Assembly (NCBI GenBank): GCA_965218435.1
Contig: CBDCKW010000009.1
Location: 416,001-480,000, forward strand
Length of the DNA stretch: 64,000 nt
Reading direction: 5' to 3'
From: Truepera sp.
Lineage (GTDB): Bacteria > Deinococcota > Deinococci > Deinococcales > Trueperaceae
The position numbers and the translations under genes were made by a program. Below the pieces are notes generated by a model that saw only the letters and a list, made by a program, of their open reading frames with translations, ran no database searches and was not told where the DNA came from. Below are positions 16,250 to 25,910 of this stretch, in pieces; positions within the stretch are counted from its first letter, which is position 1; each line of letters begins with the position of its first letter.

Positions 16250-17737
16250 GTGAAACGCGCTGCAAAACTTACCGGTTGTACGCTACTTACCGGTTGTACG
16301 CTGGTGTTCTGGTTTTCGTTCTGGTTTAGTGCGCTGGCACAGGGCTTTAACGAAGACGCGGTGGTCAACTTCGGGTTTGCCGGTGAACTGGTGGCGAACA
16401 CGTGGAACCCGCTCCACGTCACGCTCCGCGACGCGCCACCTGCTGAGCTGGTGCTCGAGTTAGACGTCGGCACCCTGCGGGGTGGGCCGGTGGCGTTTCG
16501 TTATACCGCTGAACTCGCCGGGGGCCGAGGCGTTTACACCTTTGAAGACGACGTGTACCTTCCGGCGTGGCGGGCGTTCAGCTGGCTGATCAGAACGCCG
16601 GACGAGGTGCTGGCGAGCGGTACGCTGCCGCGTTATCTAGCTGACACTACTCCGCTCAACCTCGTTCAGGGCCGCGAAGCAGGTGCAGGTACCCAGTTTT
16701 TTGAAGACGGTGCCAGGGTCGTTGACGTTACCGGTGCCGACCTGCCCGAACGTGCTGCAGCCTATAGCGGCGTCGAGAGCGTGCTGCTGCTCCCTCAAAC
16801 TGCGCCGCCGACACCCGCTGCGTTGGCCGCCGCTGCAACTGCAGGGAGCACCGTTATGTTGGGTGGTCGGCTGGGCGCAGCCTACAACGATATCTCGGCG
16901 CTGGTTCCGCTAGCGAACACGCCGCTGGGTATAGGAACGCTCAGCCGCTTGGTTGAGGTGAACCGAACCTCAGTGCAAAGGGCGCTGCAAACCCAAGTGC
17001 TTGCGCCTGACACGCTCGCTGCTACGCTGACAAGTGACGACTTGACCCGCGCCCCCACCGGTCAGAGTTCGGCGTGGCTGGCGCTACGCGTCGGCGCGTA
17101 CGCCCTGGTCTTGCTGCTTTTACTCCGCTTTGGCGGCGGGCCGGGTGTGGTGGCGGCGCTGCTCCTCGCCGGTCTCTTGTCGCTTGCGGCGTGGCGTACC
17201 CGTCCGGTTGAACCGCTTCTGTTGCGCGACCGGAGCCTGGTGCTGAGCCGCGGCGCATTAGGTCTCCGCACCAACCTTCACTATTTGTTCAGCTTTCCAG
17301 GGGGTGCCGCAGACGTGCCTTATGCGGCGCACCCGCTGCCGGTGACCGGCGTCTCGGGGTATGGGTCGGGGCCGGAGAGCACAGGGGTCACCCTGCCCAC
17401 CTACGGCAGTGTGCTGCTCGTCGGGAAGCCGCACTTAGAGCCCACCGTTCTACGGTGGGACGGTGAGGCTGTGGTGAACAGCGGCCCCGACCCTTTGACC
17501 GACGTCTTTGTAACGTGGGGCGGCAACGCTGCTAGCGGAACAGCGCCGCAGATCGGCACAGTCTCGAGGAGTGGTCAGCAGGGCGTCTTAGAGCCGGGTG
17601 AAACGCTCCCCATCAAACCCGGCAGCCTGACACTCCCGGAGGTTTATAAAGACTTGGGGCCAGAGCTACCCCCCGGCAGTGTGCTGGCGAGAGACGGCGG
17701 GACGGTCTATGTTTTGTTGCCCGAACCTATGAACTAG
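16250..17737 (+). CDS. Hypothetical exported/membrane protein
   Basis: 495-aa ORF with signal peptide (SALAQ) and two central TM segments. TACACT 7 nt before GTG. Confidence 0.8.
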   Translation: MKRAAKLTGCTLLTGCTLVFWFSFWFSALAQGFNEDAVVNFGFAGELVANTWNPLHVTLRDAPPAELVLELDVGTLRGGPVAFRYTAELAGGRGVYTFEDDVYLPAWRAFSWLIRTPDEVLASGTLPRYLADTTPLNLVQGREAGAGTQFFEDGARVVDVTGADLPERAAAYSGVESVLLLPQTAPPTPAALAAAATAGSTVMLGGRLGAAYNDISALVPLANTPLGIGTLSRLVEVNRTSVQRALQTQVLAPDTLAATLTSDDLTRAPTGQSSAWLALRVGAYALVLLLLLRFGGGPGVVAALLLAGLLSLAAWRTRPVEPLLLRDRSLVLSRGALGLRTNLHYLFSFPGGAADVPYAAHPLPVTGVSGYGSGPESTGVTLPTYGSVLLVGKPHLEPTVLRWDGEAVVNSGPDPLTDVFVTWGGNAASGTAPQIGTVSRSGQQGVLEPGETLPIKPGSLTLPEVYKDLGPELPPGSVLARDGGTVYVLLPEPMN

Positions 17738-17748
17738 CTTGAGACAAA

Positions 17749-18168
17749 TCAGAGTACCTGCTGAAAGTGATGCGACGCGATCACAAAGCCCTCACGCAGA
17801 TAAAATTTATGAGCCCTAAACCGCTGTACGCCCGAGTCCAGATGCAGCTGCGCACACCCCGCCTCTCTCGCTAAGTCCTTGAGATAATCCAGCAGCGCCT
17901 TGCTGTAACCTTTAGACCGCGCCGTTTCGCTCGTTACTAAGTCATAAACGTGCATGTATTTGCCATATGCCAACGCTTCACTCAGCCAGAACCCAGCCAC
18001 GGCGACAACCTGGCCCTCATCCTCGACATAGGCGAGCTGATAGTCTTGCGTTTCTAAACGTTTGAGTTGGGGTAAAAAGTCGGCCTCTTCTAAATGCGTC
18101 CGCAACTCCCTCATGACCGGAAAACAGGCGAGTTTTTCGGCGTCGGTTTGGGCGAGTTTGATGTTCAT
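17749..18168 (-). CDS. GNAT family N-acetyltransferase
   Basis: DLVT...RSKG acetyl-CoA motif, LDSGVQRFRAHKFY. Confidence 0.92.
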   Translation of the reverse strand: MNIKLAQTDAEKLACFPVMRELRTHLEEADFLPQLKRLETQDYQLAYVEDEGQVVAVAGFWLSEALAYGKYMHVYDLVTSETARSKGYSKALLDYLKDLAREAGCAQLHLDSGVQRFRAHKFYLREGFVIASHHFQQVL

Positions 18169-18241
18169 CCGACAACTCTAACGTGAGCTGTAGTTATCTG
18201 CCAGTTTTTTGCGCAGGGGTAGCTAAGTGCTAGGCTGACAC

Positions 18242-18874
18242 ATGATCTTACCGCCCGAAGAGCCGCATTTCGGACCCTGGCAGGCTGTACCGATAGAGGC
18301 GTTTGTTCGGTCGGTCCGAGCAAAGCTTCCCAACGATAGGCCGGGTATCGTAGCGGTTGACGGACGCAGCGCAGGTGGGAAAACTACGCTAGCGGAGCGT
18401 ATCAACAAGGCAGTTTCCGGTTCAGCCACTGTTCACACCGACGATATTGCGTGGCATCACTCGTTTTTCGGTTGGTCAGAGCTGCTCTTGCAAGAGGTGT
18501 TAGAGCCGGTACGAGCGGGTCGGGGTGTCTCATACAGACCCTCGGCTTGGATTGAAAGAGGCCGAGAGGGAGAGGTTGAGGTGCCACCGGATTGCTCTTT
18601 GCTGATTCTCGAGGGTGTCGGTGCGGGCCGCCGGGAACTAGCGTACGCCGTTGATGTGGCGGTGTGGGTTCAGTCGGATAGGGACAAAGCTCGAGTACGG
18701 GGAATTGCCCGTGATGGCGGCGACGCGGCGGCTACCGCGTTTTGGGACGAGTGGATGACGGCGGAACTGATTTTCCTAGCTGAGCAGAGACCTTGGGAAA
18801 GAGCTGACTTCATCATTTGCGGTACACCCGAACTGGGGCACAATCCTACCGCAGAAGTCGTTGTCGCGCTTTAG
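18242..18874 (+). CDS. Uridine-kinase-like P-loop protein
   Basis: AVDGRSAGGKTT, VHTDD, LILEGVG. Confidence 0.8.
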   Translation: MILPPEEPHFGPWQAVPIEAFVRSVRAKLPNDRPGIVAVDGRSAGGKTTLAERINKAVSGSATVHTDDIAWHHSFFGWSELLLQEVLEPVRAGRGVSYRPSAWIERGREGEVEVPPDCSLLILEGVGAGRRELAYAVDVAVWVQSDRDKARVRGIARDGGDAAATAFWDEWMTAELIFLAEQRPWERADFIICGTPELGHNPTAEVVVAL

Positions 18875-19902
18875 AAACCCCCGTGTTCCTCAACAAACGC
18901 CATCACTTCGTCGTAAAAACCCATGAAGTTGGCGCAGCCGTGCTTGGTCACGACGATTGCGCCGCAAGCATTGCCCATCCGGGCGCTTTTGTAAGCGTTC
19001 CAGCCCATAAGTTGACCATAGATAAAGCCGCTGGCAAACGCGTCCCCGGCTCCTAAAACGTTGTAAACCTCAACCGGAAACCCCGGGACATCTTGCTTTG
19101 TGCCGTCTCTCCCATAGATACTGACGCCCGCCGAACCGCGTTTAACTAAAAGCGTTTCAGGGCCGTTCGGGACGGCCAAAATCGCCTTGATATTCGCTTC
19201 TATGTCGCCGCGAATCACCGGCGCAGAGATTTGCTGCTGGATGATCTCGAGGTCACTGGGGTCGGTCAACATCGCCGCGTTGATCTCTTCTTCAGTGCCG
19301 AACGCCACGTCAACGAGTGGCAACAGCGCACGGATGTTGACGCCAAAAGCTCTCGGGTCGTGCCACTGGTCGGCGCGAAAATCGAGGTCGAGAAAGACTT
19401 GTTTCCCTGCGGCCTGGGCGCGTTCGGCGGCAAAAAAGGTGGCGCTGCGCCCCGGTTCTTGGGCCAAGCCGGTGCCGGAAAGCTCGAGCGCCCGACTCGC
19501 TTCAATAGGAGCCGCTAACACATCGTCAATCGTGAGCTGAATGTCGGCGGCGTTGTCACGGTAGTAGACCAGCGGAAACGTGTTAGGGGGCTGAATCCCT
19601 AACACGACCGCGCTGCTCCGGTGACCTGGTTTACGCGGGATAAACTCGGTGGCGACGCCCTCCTGCTCTAAAAAATGCAGGATAAAGTCGCCCACTTTGT
19701 CTTCACCGACGCCGGTTAAAAGCGCGGTTTGGAGACCCAACCGTTTGACGCCAACTGCGATATTTAAGGGGCTACCGCCGACATACGCGGCGAAACTCCC
19801 GATCTCTTCAAAGGGTGCGCCTACGTCGTTCGCGTAAAGGTCAATCGAAGACCGGCCCATCGTGATGAGGTCAAACGTCGGCTCAGGCATAGGTTTAGAC
19901 AT
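18871..19902 (-). CDS. iolC: 5-dehydro-2-deoxygluconokinase
   Basis: PfkB fold with GRSSIDLY, YVGGSPLNIAVG and GAGDAF. iol context. Confidence 0.92.
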   Translation of the reverse strand: MSKPMPEPTFDLITMGRSSIDLYANDVGAPFEEIGSFAAYVGGSPLNIAVGVKRLGLQTALLTGVGEDKVGDFILHFLEQEGVATEFIPRKPGHRSSAVVLGIQPPNTFPLVYYRDNAADIQLTIDDVLAAPIEASRALELSGTGLAQEPGRSATFFAAERAQAAGKQVFLDLDFRADQWHDPRAFGVNIRALLPLVDVAFGTEEEINAAMLTDPSDLEIIQQQISAPVIRGDIEANIKAILAVPNGPETLLVKRGSAGVSIYGRDGTKQDVPGFPVEVYNVLGAGDAFASGFIYGQLMGWNAYKSARMGNACGAIVVTKHGCANFMGFYDEVMAFVEEHGGF

Positions 19903-19934
19903 GGGCTTAGTTTAGCTGTCTCAGAACGTCCCAG

Positions 19935-20696
19935 TTAGAACTTTACGGTAAGTCCGTCGCTAGCGGTTTCAAACTCAGGGGTTAAGCCTTCTGCCAGTTT
20001 ATCCAAAAACGCCTGCCCCAAGTGCGTGAGGACGAGGCGTTTAGGGCCAGACTTATCAGCTTCAAGCTCGGTGAAGTGGTCTTTAAGGGTTTCGTAATCG
20101 AGGTGCTGCGGTGTCGCCTGGTCAAACGTATAAGCGTCGCAGATGAACAGATCAGCCTCCTGAGCGAGGCTCGGTAGCGCGTCCGTCCAAACCGTATCGC
20201 CTGAATACGCGAGAACTTTGCCGCCAAACTCCAAACGCAAACCGGTGCAGACCAGTGTGGGCGCGTGCTTGACGAGGCACGAGGTCACGCGGATACCCAA
20301 AACGTCGGTGGTTTTGTCGGGGGGCAGCTCGAGCACCGTCAGCTCAAACGGCAGTTCTAACGGCGTACCGGGGAAAAGGGCTTCGGTCAGCTTAGGGATG
20401 TGCGCTTTAAGGCCGGGGGGACCGGCAATGGTCAGGGGCGCGGTGCGTTTGGTGATCAGGGCGGCCTCGAGCAGCAAAAAGGGCAGTCCGCCCACGTGGT
20501 CACCATGCAGATGCGTGATAAAAATCAGCGGAATTTCGTTGACGTCAACGCCGAAGTGTTTGGTCGCCGTCATCGAGGTTGCACCAAAATCTATTAAAAA
20601 GCGTGTCTGGGCCGACACGACAGAAAAGCAGGTGTTAAACCGGCCGCCGCTGCCAAACGCGTCGCCGCACCCCAGAAAGGTCAACTCGGAGGTCAT
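19935..20696 (-). CDS. MBL-fold metallo-hydrolase (RNase Z-like)
   Basis: THLHGDH, YSGDT. Start moved to ATG 20696 (MTSELTFLG), 6 nt after TACTCT. Confidence 0.88.
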   Translation of the reverse strand: MTSELTFLGCGDAFGSGGRFNTCFSVVSAQTRFLIDFGATSMTATKHFGVDVNEIPLIFITHLHGDHVGGLPFLLLEAALITKRTAPLTIAGPPGLKAHIPKLTEALFPGTPLELPFELTVLELPPDKTTDVLGIRVTSCLVKHAPTLVCTGLRLEFGGKVLAYSGDTVWTDALPSLAQEADLFICDAYTFDQATPQHLDYETLKDHFTELEADKSGPKRLVLTHLGQAFLDKLAEGLTPEFETASDGLTVKF

Positions 20697-20819
20697 AGGC
20701 TCAGAGTACCCCGGTACTTCTGGAATGTTTGGGTTAAAGGTCAGATAGTGGTTTAACTCATTCAGCCGATTTGTCTCTCGCTGGCTCAGGGAGACGGGTT
20801 CTCTAAAGTACATTAAGTC

Positions 20820-21134
20820 GTGTACAAACGTTGGCTTTTTCCACTGCTGGCGGTCACCTTAGGTACTTTTGCGCTGCTGCCCTTCTTGCACCGCTCCGAG
20901 GCGGGTCTCAGTACCGAAGAAATCGGAAAATGCCGTGTTCAAGCCAAGTTATTCTTCGACGGGCTCGAGCATTTATTTATCAGCCGGTTGGTAATGTCCA
21001 AGCTGAACGACTCGACCTACTATGTGAGAGCCTATTCGCGTTTGGGACTGCCCTATGACGGCGCTGTGATGCGGGTGCTCGAGCCCTACGACGAAGCTAA
21101 ATACGCCAACAAGAAGTACATCGAAAACCAGTAG
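20820..21134 (+). CDS. Small hypothetical membrane-anchored protein
   Basis: N-terminal hydrophobic helix. TACATT 5 nt before GTG. Confidence 0.55.
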   Translation: MYKRWLFPLLAVTLGTFALLPFLHRSEAGLSTEEIGKCRVQAKLFFDGLEHLFISRLVMSKLNDSTYYVRAYSRLGLPYDGAVMRVLEPYDEAKYANKKYIENQ

Positions 21135-21224
21135 AACTGCGAGGGCAGCGTGGCCCGGATAGGCTTTCGTCACGCTGCCCCTTAGAACGTCCGGCTCTAC
21201 TGTGAAAGCTTTGCCAAACTGTAA

Positions 21225-21719
21225 TTAAACGAGTTGGAGTACGGTTGCTATAACCTCCTCGAGCTCAGCACTCGTATCGATCTCGTAGTCTGCAGCTTTT
21301 CGCAAAAGCGGCTCGACAGTTTCTACCAAATCCAGGACTCGAGCCACTTCTTCGGGACGTTTACCGTAAGCGTTGGTTGTTCTCGTCGCCAACCTCTGCA
21401 CGATAACTTCAGCGGGCGCACTCAGCAGGACAACATGGTCGAACTGCGGCATAAACTTTCCCATGTTCGCCGCACACCCGCTTAAGAAGAGCACCTCGGT
21501 GTCTTCGGTCGCTAAAAGGTTTTGCACCTGGTCTTCTCGCCACATCCAATCTCTACCCGGTTCTACGGGTGTTCCTGGACTCGAGTCGCCGCCCACCTCG
21601 ACCCACTCGGAGAACTCGTCACTGTCGGCGTCTACGGCCTTGTAGCCGCGCACTGCCAGTTCGCTGGTGACTGTCGAGGTGCCGGTTCCGGACATGCCTG
21701 TTAGAAGTATCCGCTTCAT
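21225..21719 (-). CDS. AAA/shikimate-kinase-like P-loop protein (Walker A Lys replaced)
   Basis: MKRILLTGMSGTGTS. AAGGAG SD before ATG 21719. Confidence 0.8.
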   Translation of the reverse strand: MKRILLTGMSGTGTSTVTSELAVRGYKAVDADSDEFSEWVEVGGDSSPGTPVEPGRDWMWREDQVQNLLATEDTEVLFLSGCAANMGKFMPQFDHVVLLSAPAEVIVQRLATRTTNAYGKRPEEVARVLDLVETVEPLLRKAADYEIDTSAELEEVIATVLQLV

Positions 21720-21754
21720 ACCGTCAGCTCCTTTCCCCTGCACTCACTACCTTT

Positions 21755-23236
21755 TTAGAACGTCCGGCTCCACTCCTTCGGCCACCGCTCGACCACAACC
21801 TTGGTTTCGGTATAGAACTCGACGCCGTGCCGCCCCTGCGCGTGCAAATCACCAAAAAACGACTCGCCCCACCCCGAAAACGGAAAAAACGCCATCGGCG
21901 CAGCGACGCCTAAGTTGATACCGACGTTGCCCGCCCGCACGCTGTACCGAAACTGCCGCGCAGCCGCACCCGACGAGGTAAATAAACACGCCTGATTGCC
22001 GAACTTGCGGGCGTTCACGATTTCAATCGCCTCTTCAATATTAGCTGCGTGCATCATGGACAAGACTGGGCCGAAGATTTCAGTCTGCGCGAACTCACTC
22101 CCCGGTGCGACGTTGCCCATCACCGTGGGGTGTAAAAAGTAGCCGTCCTTAAAACCGTCTACGTCTTCGCGCCCGCCCGTAAGCATCTCCGCACCTTGCT
22201 TGACGCCTGCGTCCACGAGGCTTTGAATCCGCGCTTTGCTCTCGGCGCTGATCACCGGTCCCATCGCCACGCCGTCGTCTAGACCGTACCCGACCTTACG
22301 AGAGTCAGCGTCAGCGGTGATGCGCTCCGTAAACTCACCTTTGGCGTCACCCACGGTAATAGCCACCGACGTTGCCAAGCAGCGCTGACCCGCGCAGCCA
22401 AACGCCGAATCTGCCAGAATGCGCGTTGTCATCTCCATATCGGCGTCGGGTAAGACGACCGCCGGATTTTTCGCGCCGCCCTGACACTGGGCGCGTTTGC
22501 CGTTCGCGGTGGCGCGGCTGTAGATGTATTTGGCGACCGGGGTTGACCCGACGAACGAGACGGCCCGGATGTCGGGGTGGTCTAAGATAGCGTCTACAGT
22601 CTCTTTACCGCCGTTGACAAGCCCCAGCACGCCTTCGGGAAAACCAGCTTCTTCTGCGAGGTGAAACATCAGCTGCGTCGTCATCGGGACTTTTTCGCTG
22701 GGTTTTAAGAGAAAGCAGTTACCGGCGGCGACGGCGTAGGGCATAAACCATAGCGGAATCATGCCGGGAAAGTTAAACGGGGTGATGGCCGCGACGACGC
22801 CCAAAGGCTGCCGGAACATATGCTCGTCGATGCCCCGCGCGATGTCCTCGTTGTTATAGCCCTGAATCATCGTCGGCATGCCGCACGCGACTTCGATATT
22901 TTCGATGCCGCGCTGCATCTCGGCGTAAGACTCTTTGAAGGTTTTGCCGCACTCGTTGGTGATGGTCCGGGCGAGCGAATCGAGGTTGGCCTCGAGCAAA
23001 CTTTTAAGCTTAAACAGCGGTTGGATGCGCTCCGTAACCGGCGTCATCCGCCAAGTCTTAAAGGCTTCTAAACCCGCCCTAACCGCCTGGTCTACCTCAT
23101 CTTTGGTGCTCTGCGGCGCGGTGGCGATCACCTCAGCGGTAGCCGGGTTGCGCACGTCAAACGTCTCCGAGTTGCGCGGGCGCTCCCAGCTGCCGCCGAT
23201 ATAGTTGAGGAGTTCTTGCTTGTCAGCTACGGTCAT
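21755..23236 (-). CDS. iolA: CoA-acylating (methyl)malonate-semialdehyde dehydrogenase
   Basis: ALDH motifs ITPFNFP, GGAKN, AGQRC and EIFGP. iol context. Confidence 0.93.
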   Translation of the reverse strand: MTVADKQELLNYIGGSWERPRNSETFDVRNPATAEVIATAPQSTKDEVDQAVRAGLEAFKTWRMTPVTERIQPLFKLKSLLEANLDSLARTITNECGKTFKESYAEMQRGIENIEVACGMPTMIQGYNNEDIARGIDEHMFRQPLGVVAAITPFNFPGMIPLWFMPYAVAAGNCFLLKPSEKVPMTTQLMFHLAEEAGFPEGVLGLVNGGKETVDAILDHPDIRAVSFVGSTPVAKYIYSRATANGKRAQCQGGAKNPAVVLPDADMEMTTRILADSAFGCAGQRCLATSVAITVGDAKGEFTERITADADSRKVGYGLDDGVAMGPVISAESKARIQSLVDAGVKQGAEMLTGGREDVDGFKDGYFLHPTVMGNVAPGSEFAQTEIFGPVLSMMHAANIEEAIEIVNARKFGNQACLFTSSGAAARQFRYSVRAGNVGINLGVAAPMAFFPFSGWGESFFGDLHAQGRHGVEFYTETKVVVERWPKEWSRTF

Positions 23237-24141
23237 AATCTTCTCCCTGTGCCTTGTAGCGGCAATGTCAGCCGGTCCTCAGAACCTTCCCAAGACCCGC
23301 GTACCCACGCGAGTTGCGGCTCGTCTTTGGCGATCCACGAGGGCGTTTCCCCGGCTAAAAAGTTGAGATAGTAGGCGTCGTAACCGGGCGCGGTCACCAC
23401 CGGATGATAGCCCCGGCGGACTAATACTGCGTCGCCCTGCCCGACCAAAAGCCGCTCGTCCAGGCTGCGGTCGTCCGTGTAGAGGCGCTGCATGGCCCAA
23501 CCGTCCTCGGGGTGCATACGGTAATAATAAACCTCTTCTAAGTCAACTTCATCGGGCGGGTTCTGCACGTCATGTTTGTGCGGCGGGTACGAACTCCAAT
23601 TGCCTGACGGCGTGTAGACTTCGACGCACAGGAGATGTTCGGCGTCGTCCGGGTCGAGGATATGTGAAATCTGCCGAGTGGCGTTGTGACCGCCGCGGAT
23701 TTCAACCTTGATGTCCTCCGGGGTGATGAGGCGGGCAGGGAGTTTGCCCTCGGCAGGCGCGGACCCGGTAGCCAGCTCGAGCCTCCCCTCGGCCTGCACG
23801 CTGTAACTCGTATCCGGTGGCAAGTAGACGCTGTACGGCAGCCCAGCAAACACCCCGCGCCGCCCCCGAATCTGCCACGTCTCACCGCCAGCTTTTACGG
23901 TGGCGTCGCCACCTAAAAAGACCAAACAGAGTTCGTTGCCCTCACTGTTCGCCTCATGTGCTTGGCCTGCTGCCAGCGCGTAAACCTGAAACCCTAATAG
24001 CTTCCAACCTGCCCTCTGAGGCGTGATGTCCGTTTGCAACGCGTTATTCGTATCGGCGTGAACGATGTGCTCGGTGTTATCCACAGGCTTGTCCACAGCT
24101 TTATCCGGGTTATCCACAGTGTTATCAACACCTTTATCCAC
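23233..24141 (-). CDS. iolB: 5-deoxy-glucuronate isomerase
   Basis: GNWSSYPPHKHD, LEEVYYY, GYHP. Confidence 0.93.
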   Translation of the reverse strand: MDKGVDNTVDNPDKAVDKPVDNTEHIVHADTNNALQTDITPQRAGWKLLGFQVYALAAGQAHEANSEGNELCLVFLGGDATVKAGGETWQIRGRRGVFAGLPYSVYLPPDTSYSVQAEGRLELATGSAPAEGKLPARLITPEDIKVEIRGGHNATRQISHILDPDDAEHLLCVEVYTPSGNWSSYPPHKHDVQNPPDEVDLEEVYYYRMHPEDGWAMQRLYTDDRSLDERLLVGQGDAVLVRRGYHPVVTAPGYDAYYLNFLAGETPSWIAKDEPQLAWVRGSWEGSEDRLTLPLQGTGRRL

Positions 24142-24142
24142 A
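24077..24142 (+). repeat. Cluster of co-oriented DnaA-box-like 9-mers
   Basis: TTATCCACA at 24077, 24110 and 24134. TTGTCCACA at 24089. TTATCAACA at 24122. Degenerate TTATCCGGG at 24101. Confidence 0.8.
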
Positions 24143-24143
24143 G

Positions 24144-25085
24144 CTATAGCCCCAATCCTTTTAGAAACGTTCGGTTGCGCGTGGCACTCTCTTCCGGCGT
24201 ACCGAGCCCCGGCAGCATATCTTGCTCGACGGTCAGCCAGCCTTCATAACCGAGTCCGTTGAGTTTCTCGAGCACGTCGCCAAAGTCAACGCAGCCCTTG
24301 CCCAATTCGCAAAAAATCCCCCGTTCTAAAGCCCTTTTATAGTCCCATCCTTCCCGACGTGCCTGGGCTGCTAAGGTCGGCTCGAGGTCTTTAAGGTGAA
24401 CGTACTTAATGCGGTTTCGGAAGCGTTCCAATCCCTCTAAAACCGTTTCCGGGTTGCTCGAGCCGCTCCCGTAAAGATAATGCCCGGTGTCGAACACCAA
24501 GCCTACCAACTCAGGGTCGGTGAGGGCTAAAAAGCGGGCAATCTCTTCAGGCGTTTCGACAAATCCGGCGCAGTGGTGGTGAAAAACGGTTTGGAGTCCG
24601 GTTTCTTCGAGCACAGCTCTTGCTACAGCGTTTGCCTTCTCCGCGAAGGTCTGCATCTCGGCGTCTGAAAGCTTCATCTCTGACGTGACGCGTCCAGCAT
24701 TCTGAAATCGCAGCGGGTCGCGGCTGTGAACGTCGGCTAGAACAAGGTACGGTTGCCAGTTCAGGTCACCTACGTCCGCCACGCTCTTTAAGAGGTGTGC
24801 GACAGTGAGGGCGCGGTGTTTGCCTTCGGCTAATGCAGCAGAGTCGGCAAGAGCAACGTCTACATATGCGCCCAACATGGTGAGGCCCCTGACCTCCAAC
24901 TCTCGCCGTAAAACGCCCGCGTCCGTCGGCATAAAGCCGTAATCCCCGAGTTCAGTACCCGTATACCTCGCCGCCACGAGTTCGTCTAACATCTGCGTGT
25001 AGGGGATACGTTCAGCCTCCGTGCCGGTGCCTTCGATGGTGCCCCACGAACAAGGGGCGTTACCGAGTTTGAACCGCGTCACCAT
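24144..25085 (-). CDS. iolE: Myo-inosose-2 dehydratase (IolE-like TIM barrel)
   Basis: NAPCSWG, GTELG, FHHH, DTGH, HLKD, VEQD. Confidence 0.8.
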   Translation of the reverse strand: MVTRFKLGNAPCSWGTIEGTGTEAERIPYTQMLDELVAARYTGTELGDYGFMPTDAGVLRRELEVRGLTMLGAYVDVALADSAALAEGKHRALTVAHLLKSVADVGDLNWQPYLVLADVHSRDPLRFQNAGRVTSEMKLSDAEMQTFAEKANAVARAVLEETGLQTVFHHHCAGFVETPEEIARFLALTDPELVGLVFDTGHYLYGSGSSNPETVLEGLERFRNRIKYVHLKDLEPTLAAQARREGWDYKRALERGIFCELGKGCVDFGDVLEKLNGLGYEGWLTVEQDMLPGLGTPEESATRNRTFLKGLGL

Positions 25086-25882
25086 ACGTCCTCATTTGAG
25101 ACCGGAAACCCTTGTGAGCGCCGCTCAGCGTCTAAAACGAGACTGTAAGCCCGCCGTAAACTGCTCTCCGCGTCACCGGTAGGGACAAACTCGTGACTAA
25201 TAAAGCCGTTGTAGCCGCTTTCGGCAATAGCTTGAAACACCGCCGGATAATTGATTTCCTGTGCGCTATTTAGCTCATGGCGTCCGGGATTGCCCGCTGT
25301 GTGAATATGCCCGAACGCGCCGTGATGGTTTTGAATCGTCCGGATGAGGTCGCCCTCCATAATCTGCATGTGGTAGATGTCGTAAAGCAGTTTGACGTTT
25401 GCCGAGCCCGTGAGTTCTAAAACGTCAACGCCCCAAGCTGTGTGGTCGCCCGCATAGTCCGGATGGTCAACGCGGCTGTTGAGCAGCTCGAGCAAAAGCG
25501 TCATCCCCACACCTTCCGCGAGCGGTGCGAGGCGGCGCAGTCCTTCCGCCGTAATCTCGGCGCTCTCCTCGTCACTCTGCTCGTTCCGGTTGCCGCTAAA
25601 ACAGATGAGGTTGGGAATCTGCCAGCGTTCAGCAAGCCGTAAAGCTGCTTCGGTCTCCTGAACGATGCCGTCGTGATAGTCGCGGTGATTTAAGCCCCGT
25701 TCCAAACTCTCGTGTGCTCGGTGCGTCGTAATGTCTAAGCCCATCGCACGGGCTACCGGAAAGAGAGTTTCGTCAAGCAGTTCTACGCCGTCGTAGCCGA
25801 TTTCGGCGGCGCGGCGCAGGAGCGTTTCGGGGTCGGTTTTGGGGGTATAAAAACTCCACCAGGTGAATGATTGTTTGAGCAT
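25079..25882 (-). CDS. Hydroxypyruvate isomerase family TIM-barrel protein
   Basis: ELLNSRVDH, YDIYHMQIMEG, HTAGNPGRHE. Confidence 0.88.
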   Translation of the reverse strand: MLKQSFTWWSFYTPKTDPETLLRRAAEIGYDGVELLDETLFPVARAMGLDITTHRAHESLERGLNHRDYHDGIVQETEAALRLAERWQIPNLICFSGNRNEQSDEESAEITAEGLRRLAPLAEGVGMTLLLELLNSRVDHPDYAGDHTAWGVDVLELTGSANVKLLYDIYHMQIMEGDLIRTIQNHHGAFGHIHTAGNPGRHELNSAQEINYPAVFQAIAESGYNGFISHEFVPTGDAESSLRRAYSLVLDAERRSQGFPVSNEDVW

Positions 25883-25910
25883 TAGAGGCTAACTACCTGA
25901 GATAAAGTTA

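Noticed and set aside
24077..24142. Chromosomal oriC
   Set aside because: It lies inside an operon, with no dnaA/dnaN and no adjacent AT-rich unwinding element. Kept only as a DnaA-box cluster.
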